This document shows, piece by piece, positions 56,791 through 64,000 of a stretch of 64,000 bases of DNA (position 1 is the stretch's first letter; each line of letters opens with the position of its first letter). A program made the position numbers and the translations under genes. The notes under the pieces are model-generated. The model was not told where the DNA came from. It did no database searches and saw only the letters and a program-made list of their open reading frames with translations. Source of the stretch: an uncultured Clostridia bacterium (GTDB lineage: Bacteria > Acidobacteriota > Blastocatellia > UBA7656); contig CAYXVU010000004.1 in the NCBI GenBank assembly GCA_964468725.1, positions 2,137 through 66,136 on the forward strand. Reading direction: 5' to 3'.

Positions 56791-58770
56791 TCACTCACTA
56801 CTCTGATATGGGTTGTAATCGCTATCTTGCCAACGACGCGTTTCAAACGTGAAATGATAAATCGCTACGCAGATCGGCAGAATCGAAAGCAGAAAGAAGA
56901 CGACGAATAAGTGCCCGACATTTGCGATTCCCTGCTCCAACCTAACCGACAACGAGATGGGTTGCTGGAAACGCTCCCACTGGGCTTCCAATCGCATCGT
57001 GTATTTTCCGGTTGGCAAGGCAGACAGATGCACATCGGAGCTTTTACTTCCTTCAGCCCATGATTCGCCGCCGTCAACGCCGTGATAGTATTCGACAGGC
57101 AATGCGAACGCCTGCACCAATCCCGTTTCATCGTTGATTAAGTCGCCTTCAACATAGACCCAGCTATTGTCCACATCTGCCCCCAATGAGACGCGGACAT
57201 TTTGACCGGATTTCAAATCAAACGAGTCGGTAAAGATCACTTGCGTCTTATCGGCTCCGGCAACGGGTTGGAGCGGAAAGGTCTGTTCAAACACTTTACG
57301 ATTTGCGCTCATGGCGATCATCACGACGCCAACGAGGAAGGCGACAAGCAGCAAGAGCCCCCAGTATTTATAAACCTTTTTGTGAAGGAAGGGTTGGTTC
57401 GGCGCGACTTTGCTGGCGCGTGGCAGGCCAGTAATCCCGAAGGCTTTTTCGACATCTTCGCGTTTTAGATATGCGCCAAGCGACCAGTTAATCTCACCTC
57501 CATAGTTGATGGACTGCCCTTGTGCGACTTTAGCCGCTTGCTCAGGGTTGCCGCCGGAAATCTCCCTCGACAACATCAGCGGCGGGCAGATGAAGTCTGC
57601 CATGTGCGTAGTTTCATTGACGCTGACTTTCCAATAAAACTCGCCTTCGACGTACTCGACCACCCCCAACGCATCTTGATAGAGCTTGAATTTTTTACCG
57701 CCAAATTGCACGGTGCGCCCTTCGTCCAATACCTCGCCCAGAGGCACGGTCTGCACGAAGTTCCAATGATCGTCACTGCGCACCAACCAGCGAAAGCGGT
57801 CTTCCGGATGATAGAGCAGATACTCTTCCCAATAGTATTTTTTGTCGAAGGTGACACTGCGTTGCATAAAGCCGATGAGGGCATATTTCTTTCCCGAAAA
57901 CTCGCCCACCGATCCAATGGGCACAAAAGGTTTAACCTTCCCCGGTTTGAGGGCAGTCAAAAACTTCAACTTGCCTTCCGAGACATCGAGCAGCGAACCG
58001 CAATTGGGACAGGTGACACGTTCCGTTTGATCGGGTGCCCGCAAAGCGAGCGGCCCCCCGCAGGTCGGGCAGGAGAGTTGAACGGCGGAGATGCGCCGCA
58101 CCTCAGGTTCGGGCGTTGCGCTGTAACCGGCTCCGACGCCAATGATGCCGAGTTCGTGTAGAGCGATCTCCCGGCCAACAAATACAAGCGGGTGCCCTTC
58201 ACTATAATCAATCGTCCCTGTCGCTCCTTGCGCCCCCGATAAATCTGCGTACTCGTAGGTTTGGTTGGGTACTAGCTTATAGGGAATTTCGCCGCGAGCC
58301 GCAACGTAACGGGCTACGCCCTTTTCCGCAACCGTAAAGGAAGAAGAGCCGGGCAACACTACGAGCGGTTGACCGAGTTGTAAGGCGTGAAAGGGCGGGA
58401 TTCGGTTGGGGTCGGGAAGCGCTTGTTCAAAGGTGACAAAGAATCTGCCCTGCGCTTCTGCAATCCAGCCCCATCGCCCGTCGGCAAAAGCCGCGTACCA
58501 TTCATCCCACATCCCGCCCGCCTGATGAGCAATTTGTGAGCGTCCGGTTATCTCAAAGGCATTGCCGCGTAGTACGCCGCGCATGCCGATGGCGAGCGGG
58601 GAACCCGTCTCGGCAATGCGTGCCACTTTGCCGAGGTCTTCTAAACGATGATCGCCGCGCGCGACAACGCTGTTGCAGTATTCGCAGACGACGACAATCG
58701 AAGACCCAAGTTTGAACGTGATCGGCGCGCCACAAGCTGGGCAGCCAGCTTCAATCGAGACTGCGCTCAC
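56791..58770 (-). CDS. Membrane protein with two Zn-ribbon + DUF4178 modules
   Basis: CPAC/CEYC and CPTC/CPNC ribbons, each followed by a DUF4178-like domain (WDEWY...W..E; WEEYLLY...WL), with two C-terminal TM segments. GTG start overlaps the speD stop. Confidence 0.85.
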   Translation of the reverse strand: MSAVSIEAGCPACGAPITFKLGSSIVVVCEYCNSVVARGDHRLEDLGKVARIAETGSPLAIGMRGVLRGNAFEITGRSQIAHQAGGMWDEWYAAFADGRWGWIAEAQGRFFVTFEQALPDPNRIPPFHALQLGQPLVVLPGSSSFTVAEKGVARYVAARGEIPYKLVPNQTYEYADLSGAQGATGTIDYSEGHPLVFVGREIALHELGIIGVGAGYSATPEPEVRRISAVQLSCPTCGGPLALRAPDQTERVTCPNCGSLLDVSEGKLKFLTALKPGKVKPFVPIGSVGEFSGKKYALIGFMQRSVTFDKKYYWEEYLLYHPEDRFRWLVRSDDHWNFVQTVPLGEVLDEGRTVQFGGKKFKLYQDALGVVEYVEGEFYWKVSVNETTHMADFICPPLMLSREISGGNPEQAAKVAQGQSINYGGEINWSLGAYLKREDVEKAFGITGLPRASKVAPNQPFLHKKVYKYWGLLLLVAFLVGVVMIAMSANRKVFEQTFPLQPVAGADKTQVIFTDSFDLKSGQNVRVSLGADVDNSWVYVEGDLINDETGLVQAFALPVEYYHGVDGGESWAEGSKSSDVHLSALPTGKYTMRLEAQWERFQQPISLSVRLEQGIANVGHLFVVFFLLSILPICVAIYHFTFETRRWQDSDYNPYQSSE

Positions 58771-59168
58771 AGTTCTTTCACCTCTTGTTGTTGATCTACT
58801 TGCAGTGGCAAACGAGTAACGCCCCCTGTACCCCTCTCAATTCGTTGCACGCTCACTTGCGCAGCGCCGAGCATCTCAATCAAGCGTTCTTCCCATGGCC
58901 AACGCGAGCGGGCGCGACAGCAGTAGAGATTAAACGTCGCGGTGCCGACTTCGGGATAAGTGTGACAAGCAAGATGTGATTCGGTGAGCAGGTAAAGACC
59001 GGTAACGCCACCTGCACCAGAAAATTTATGCCATTGGGCTTCGCCGACTCGATGTAACTCTAGCTCCGTGAGAATGCGCTCGCAGACTCGACGAAGCGCC
59101 AGCAAATCCTGCAAAGCCTCCGGCAAACAACCTTCCGCGTCAATCACCCACTCTGTTCCAATATTCAT
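58767..59168 (-). CDS. speD: S-adenosylmethionine decarboxylase proenzyme (pyruvoyl, class 1B)
   Basis: Self-cleavage motif LTE-SH..CHTYPE, FNLYCC, and small size of 133 aa. Confidence 0.9.
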   Translation of the reverse strand: MNIGTEWVIDAEGCLPEALQDLLALRRVCERILTELELHRVGEAQWHKFSGAGGVTGLYLLTESHLACHTYPEVGTATFNLYCCRARSRWPWEERLIEMLGAAQVSVQRIERGTGGVTRLPLQVDQQQEVKEL

Positions 59169-59321
59169 GGTCGTCGTAGAAACTCGTTTCAGAATGAACG
59201 CCGCTCACGACGCTTCACAACCTCTTTCCTGACATCCTGATTGGTATTTGTCCGAGCTGCGTAGGAAACGAGGAGGAGGATACCACACCGTTTCCTCACC
59301 GTGAAGCCGCAGGGATCGTCT

Positions 59322-60089
59322 TCAGCGCGCAAACCGTTTCGAGGGTGGCCCGACATGAATGTGCGCTCCGGTGGCCGAACCCGCAACTGCGTGACGAAAA
59401 GCGATAAAGGGGATACCAACGTTGCGCAAGTAATCCATCAAAGCGCGGCCTTCCGCCGTATCGGGATGCACAGCCACATCAATCGCATTGCGATGATCGA
59501 AGCCCAACCGATCATGCGTTGCGGTTTGCCCATACGAACTGATGGGCAAGGCGCGGCCAAAATTTTTGGAGAAGAAGGTTTGCAGATTGACCGTGTCGGC
59601 TATTGTCCAAGCGTAACCGCCGCTGTAGCGAATGATCGCTGTGGTCGAGATATAGGCTCCGGTGCGTGGCGCTGGCAATTTGATCAACTGTTCGGAGGCT
59701 AGGACTTCAGCAACCAGTGTGTCAACTTCACCAATTTTACTTTGAGTCTGTGCGGCCTTTGCTTGTACAGCGAGGAGTTCCTGTTCCCCTTGTTCGACCT
59801 CTCGTTTTGAAACGATCTGTTCTTCGAACAATTTCTTGCGCTTCTCGACCTCTTCCCGTTTGGTTTTGATTTCGGCTTCGATCAAGCCCAAGAGTTTTTC
59901 CAAACTCTCTTTATACTCGGCTGCTGCTTTGATGACCTCAGCGCGGGACTTGGCGAGTTCGTCTTCGAGTTGCTTTTGCGATTTGTCAGAAGGGGCAGGC
60001 GCAGATTTCTTCGGCTGCTTCTTACTTTGCGCCTCGACAAACAGCACGGGCATTGCCAGTAAGATCACGACCATTAGGAGTTTCCGCAT
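59322..60089 (-). CDS. Exported coiled-coil protein with a C-terminal putative LAS/M15-like Zn peptidase domain
   Basis: Signal peptide MRKLLMVVILLAMP, a long E/K/Q coiled coil, and C-terminal FDHRNAIDV and GAHIHVG motifs. Confidence 0.7.
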   Translation of the reverse strand: MRKLLMVVILLAMPVLFVEAQSKKQPKKSAPAPSDKSQKQLEDELAKSRAEVIKAAAEYKESLEKLLGLIEAEIKTKREEVEKRKKLFEEQIVSKREVEQGEQELLAVQAKAAQTQSKIGEVDTLVAEVLASEQLIKLPAPRTGAYISTTAIIRYSGGYAWTIADTVNLQTFFSKNFGRALPISSYGQTATHDRLGFDHRNAIDVAVHPDTAEGRALMDYLRNVGIPFIAFRHAVAGSATGAHIHVGPPSKRFAR

Positions 60090-60216
60090 CACCTTTTGCA
60101 CAGGTTCCTTCCCCTCATCATTGCGTCGCCCCACACTTTCGAGGCACGCTTCTGGCTCTCCAAGCCTTTCGGTTGGACGTGCGAAGAAAGTTTTACGATG
60201 TCCGACAGATGCGGGT

Positions 60217-60711
60217 TCACTTGACAGCGATACAATCTACTTCGATGGCATACGTCCCTAAGAGTTGCGCGCCGACGGTTGTGCGCGCGGGGAAATCGCC
60301 GGAAAAATATCGTCGGTACACCTCATTCATCTTCTGAAAATCTTTCAAATCGGCAAGATAGACATTGACGCGCACGACGCTCTCAAGCGTTGAACCCGCC
60401 CCTTCAACAATGGCTTTGACGTTTTCGAAAACCTGTACGGCTTGATCCTCAAATGATGAGGTCACATCCTGTCCGGTTGCAGCGTTACGTGGGACTTGCC
60501 CCGCCACGTAGATGGTATTACCGGCAATGATCGCCTGACTGTATGGGCCGACTGGTTTGGGCGCTTTATCGGTTAAGACCTTCTTTTTGAGCGCGGGTTT
60601 CGCCTTCGGTTTTACCTTTTGGGCGGCGCGGCTTGAGGGCGAAGCCGCAACGAGCGCCGCCGCAGAGAGCGCCGTTGCCCCGGATCGTTCAATGAATTTT
60701 CTTCGATTCAT
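60217..60711 (-). CDS. ridA: RidA/YjgF/UK114 family protein with a twin-arginine leader
   Basis: APKPVGPYSQAI, VYLADLKDFQKMNEVY, FPARTTV and IEVDCIA motifs. Leader NRRKFI...AAALVAAS. Confidence 0.88.
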   Translation of the reverse strand: MNRRKFIERSGATALSAAALVAASPSSRAAQKVKPKAKPALKKKVLTDKAPKPVGPYSQAIIAGNTIYVAGQVPRNAATGQDVTSSFEDQAVQVFENVKAIVEGAGSTLESVVRVNVYLADLKDFQKMNEVYRRYFSGDFPARTTVGAQLLGTYAIEVDCIAVK

Positions 60712-60801
60712 TCGTTTCCTCTCCGCTTCGAGTGTTGATTAAGCACTGCCTATGCTAAACCAAGCGGCGAAAGATGAGAAATCGAAAATGTGGCGATGAG
60801 C

Positions 60802-60845
60802 AAAAAAAGGCCACAGAGGAGAACCCTTGGTTCGGCTCTGTGGCC
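60802..60845 (-). terminator. Rho-independent terminator of the HD-GYP gene
   Basis: Perfect 10-bp stem GGCCACAGAG/CTCTGTGGCC followed on the minus strand by 7 T, 26 nt after stop 60872. Confidence 0.75.
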
Positions 60846-60871
60846 AAATGACGAGAGAAAAAATCGGACGA

Positions 60872-62890
60872 TTAATGCGTAAGCTTCGATTCCATCAGCG
60901 ATTTATCGAGTTTGAGCGACCCGGTCGCGCGTTTGAGATTCTCGCCTTCCGGTATGCTCGATAAAGCCTTTGCAGCCAGCGAAACCGATTCGCTAAAGAG
61001 CTTCTGATGATAAGAGTTGTACTCTGCCAACTCGGTTGAATAGATGGTCACTGCCCCGTACAAAACCTCCTCATCACAGAGCGGAACGGCTGCAAGCGTG
61101 TGATAATTCGACGCTTTATCCTCGAGATGCGCCGACAAATCGAGTTTCGGATCGGTATTAAAGAATGGTTTGTGGTTGGCAATCACCCAGCCGGTCACCC
61201 CTTCACCGAGGTTGAGGGTTTGGCCTTTGCACCACTCAGCATCGCGGCCTTCTGCGTGCACGATGAGGTTGTGCCCGGTCGCTGGCATTACTTGCGTCAC
61301 CAAACACAGATCGTAGGGCAACACGGCTTTCAAGCGCTGCGTCATGGTCGAAAAGATTTCTTCCTGACTCTGCTTGCCGATTAAATCCCGCGCCAAATCG
61401 CAAACCGCTCTGAGGCCATCTTCAATGGGGGTCATCGCGCCGTTTGCGGCTGTGGCATCATCTTCGGCCAATCCCGCGCCGGGAGCCACAAGTTTTGCAG
61501 CTTCGGAGAGTTCTTCGAATGCTTCGATGCCGAAGGTCGGAGCGGGAACATCGCGGATGGCGGCAATCTCCTTCTCAAATTTGGGCAGATTCTCGATGAA
61601 GGTTGCAACGATGCGCGGATCATATTGCGAACCGCTGTTGCGTAGGAGCAGCTCGATAGCCTCTTCACGAGTCATGCCTTTGCGGTATTGTCGGTCTTCG
61701 CGCACCGCGTCGAAACAGTCAACGACCGAAAGGATGCGCGCCGTAAGTGGAATCTCGTCACTTTTGAGTCCGTCGGGGTAGCCCTTGCCATCCCACCGTT
61801 CATGATGATGGCGAACGACCGGAACGATGGGATACGGAAATTCGACGCGGCTGAGAATCTGCGCCCCCGCAATGGTGTGATACTTCATCTTCTCGAACTC
61901 GGCAGCCGTCAGTTTGCCGGGTTTATTGAGGATATAATCGGGAACAGCTATCTTGCCGATGTCGTGCAGTAAGGCGCCAGCTTTGAGGGCTTCAATCTGC
62001 TCATGGGTGCAGCCTAAAAGCCGCGCCACCCCTTCGGCGTAGATTTGCACGCGCAAAACGTGGTCGTGAGTGACTTCATCTTTGGCATTGATTGCAACGG
62101 CGAGGGCTTCAATGGTTTCCCGATGCGCCTTTTCGAGCGTAACCACGCGTTTCATTACGCTATCGCTATATTGCCGATGTCCCCAATAGGCGGCGAGCAA
62201 CACCGGAACGCCAATGATCGGAACGATCAAAAGATCGTATTGCAACGCCATATACATGAGCGTGGCCGCCGTCACATTGGGTAAGAAGACAGGGGTTGCC
62301 GCAAAGAGGCTTTTCCAATGCCCTACGATGGCTTCACCCCGTCGCAGTGCCAGCAAGGTAGAGAGCAAAATCGTATTGATTGCAAATAGAATAAAACCAG
62401 CAAATAAAAGGGAAACCGAGATGGTTATAAAATTAGGCCTGCCGCCCTCATATCGCAAAACTAGTTGCACGGTGAGAGCAGATGATAGACCGCTGAGCGA
62501 AACGATGGCAGAGGAAAACGAGCTATCATAAAGTTTTCGCAAACTCCGGGGCAGGCGCAGTGTGCGCCATGACGAAATGAACCCATCTATGCCAGCAACC
62601 ACGATGGTCGGGATCGGGCCATATAAAACCGCTGTCAGTAAGGAAATCGCATCAGTGAGCGTGTAACTGATTTTTTCTTGAGTAAACCCTAGCCCAAAAG
62701 GAACCCGAAAGGTTTGTGAGAAACTCCCTATGAAAACCGTAAACAGTATCAAAAGAAGAACGATAGAAAAGTCTTTGAGTTCATAATGGAAAAACAGTCC
62801 GACCGAAGCAAAGATCCAGAGGCTAGCCCCGATCAAAGTCACAGTCACTTGGTATAGGATTGCTTTTTTCTTTACCTTTTCTTCAGCCAT
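60872..62890 (-). CDS. Membrane-sensor HD-GYP cyclic-dinucleotide phosphodiesterase with a C-terminal GAF domain
   Basis: About 7 N-terminal TM, then HVLRV, GALLHDIGK, HHHERWDGKGYP and DCFDA, then GAF (GEGVTGWV...LAAVPL). No GGDEF domain. Confidence 0.9.
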   Translation of the reverse strand: MAEEKVKKKAILYQVTVTLIGASLWIFASVGLFFHYELKDFSIVLLLILFTVFIGSFSQTFRVPFGLGFTQEKISYTLTDAISLLTAVLYGPIPTIVVAGIDGFISSWRTLRLPRSLRKLYDSSFSSAIVSLSGLSSALTVQLVLRYEGGRPNFITISVSLLFAGFILFAINTILLSTLLALRRGEAIVGHWKSLFAATPVFLPNVTAATLMYMALQYDLLIVPIIGVPVLLAAYWGHRQYSDSVMKRVVTLEKAHRETIEALAVAINAKDEVTHDHVLRVQIYAEGVARLLGCTHEQIEALKAGALLHDIGKIAVPDYILNKPGKLTAAEFEKMKYHTIAGAQILSRVEFPYPIVPVVRHHHERWDGKGYPDGLKSDEIPLTARILSVVDCFDAVREDRQYRKGMTREEAIELLLRNSGSQYDPRIVATFIENLPKFEKEIAAIRDVPAPTFGIEAFEELSEAAKLVAPGAGLAEDDATAANGAMTPIEDGLRAVCDLARDLIGKQSQEEIFSTMTQRLKAVLPYDLCLVTQVMPATGHNLIVHAEGRDAEWCKGQTLNLGEGVTGWVIANHKPFFNTDPKLDLSAHLEDKASNYHTLAAVPLCDEEVLYGAVTIYSTELAEYNSYHQKLFSESVSLAAKALSSIPEGENLKRATGSLKLDKSLMESKLTH

Positions 62891-63741
62891 AACAGTTTTC
62901 TAGTTGCAATGGTTACAGGAGTTGCAACCATTGCCTCGCTTCCGTTCTCTTGGCCGTCAAGGATTGAAAGATCGATCACTTTGCAAGCGCCAAACACTGG
63001 AACCAAGATGCTCGTCTTAATGCTTACCTGATAAAACAGTTCTAAGTCGTTCAGGGGATGAATAACGACAGAAATAATGGCCTCCAACTCTTCTGCCATA
63101 TTTATTACGGCAATTTTCATACCCACACTGCTCGAAAGGCAAAGTATTGATTTTGCTATATCTTACTAAGGTTTGCGATCTGTCAATCGCAATACCCCAA
63201 TCAAATTGACAGATCAACTTCTGTCAATTTGACGATTATCGGGGTTCCCCTTCTTTATCTAGAGCCGGTTATGAACGGCAGCCCTGCATTTACTCGTGGG
63301 CATCGGCACCACCTCTCAATCAACGCTTTGAGCTTCTTCGATAGACGCCCCCTTTGTTTGGGTGGAGTCCATCTCGGCGGCAGCACCTGAAAGGTCAACC
63401 GCTCTTCAATCCTTCCACATCGGCCCCTAACCTGTGGTCATCGCCGCCGTCCGTCCAAGCACTTGCGCCCTCTGATCAATCTCGGCAGTTCAGAGAAGGT
63501 CTTCTGGCAGAGATGCGTTTGCCATGGGCAGCCTTATTTCCGAATCACCTACCCTCACCATTTCATCTGCCAAACTCTCAGACTCATACATATCCGGTTC
63601 AGCTTCGTGAGGCCTGCGGTTGAATCGTTCGATTTCGTCATTTGGCACCGGCATGCATAGACAAATAATTCGACTTTACTGATCCCCACGATGTAAACTA
63701 CGTTGAGCTTGAGGCTTGACATTACCCATTTGGAGATAACA

Positions 63742-64000
63742 ATGCAGGAAATCTTTTCAGAAAAAGTCGTGACTAGCAGACGGACTTACTATTTTGATGT
63801 GAAAGAGACGAGGGAAGGAGCAACGTATCTAGTCATCGGAGAGCTGACGCAAGTCGGCAGCGAACTCGAGCGACACCGAGTGATGGTGTTCGAAGAAAGC
63901 GTGGAAGCCTTCATGGAAGGCATAGAAAAAGCAGTGAGCTTTATGCTTGGTTATGAGGAAGAGGATGGCGAAAGATCGGCAGGGAGAGCCGAATCCAGGA
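63742..64000 (+). CDS. PUR-alpha-like / DUF3276 nucleic-acid-binding protein, 3' end off the window; absent from the ORF track
   Basis: Manual translation: MQEIFSEKVVTSRRTYYFDVKETREGATYLVIGE...RHRVMVFEESVEAFMEGIEKAVSF. This matches the RTY(F/Y)FDVK..Y(L)xIxE pattern of bacterial PUR domains. GGAG RBS present. Confidence 0.82.
   Translation, partial: MQEIFSEKVVTSRRTYYFDVKETREGATYLVIGELTQVGSELERHRVMVFEESVEAFMEGIEKAVSFMLGYEEEDGERSAGRAESR

Noticed and set aside
59189-59419. 76-aa ORF upstream of speD as a possible leader peptide
   Set aside because: It overlaps the end of the upstream gene in another frame, with no RBS and no suggestive codon bias.
62872-63660. Short ORFs 62872..63126, 63017..63217, 63354..63623 and 63463..63660
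   Set aside because: Mutually overlapping or overlapping the HD-GYP start, with no motifs or RBS; none can be supported.
1-64000. rRNA, tRNA, CRISPR arrays, integrases and transposases
   Set aside because: None recognised by eye. A tRNAscan, Infernal or ISEScan run would be needed to exclude small or divergent elements formally.

Overview
This is a gene-dense bacterial window with no rRNA, tRNA, CRISPR array or transposase that I can recognise. The carboxypeptidase-regulatory-domain TonB receptor, the many exported serine hydrolases and the DUF3857 pair suggest an Acidobacteriota-like genome (inference). Left to right it contains: (1) 1-6.2 kb, a catabolic cluster of an alpha/beta hydrolase, amidohydrolase, VOC protein, a Tat-leadered TPP enzyme, a hypothetical protein and a cytochrome c; (2) 6.2-28.3 kb, a locus of an RpiR regulator, a TonB receptor and nine enzymes from families linked to D-amino acids and peptides, with a duplicated operator-promoter in front of two of its genes; (3) 28.5-42.6 kb, an ABC permease-M1 peptidase fusion with its ATPase, a HisN-like phosphatase, GNAT, membrane glycosyltransferase, DUF1569, an orphan ORF, a PQQ/heme-c dehydrogenase and a DinG/YoaA helicase; (4) 42.7-50.1 kb, hicAB, an active/inactive DUF3857-transglutaminase pair and an M16 peptidase heterodimer; (5) 50.3-59.2 kb, a tightly coupled membrane aminopropyl-transfer operon (speD, DUF4178, an uncalled 59-aa membrane micro-protein ending in GGK, DUF350, membrane-fused speE, a triple-repeat protein, a Tat-lipoprotein flavo-oxidase, a 4-His membrane protein, DUF1648/DUF5808); (6) 59.3-64 kb, a coiled-coil/LAS-like protein, a Tat-leadered RidA, a membrane HD-GYP-GAF protein and a partial PUR/DUF3276 gene. 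The two best candidates for an uncharacterised system are the aminopropylation operon with its possible peptide substrate and the D-peptide utilisation locus. All family assignments come from motif reading; no database searches were run.
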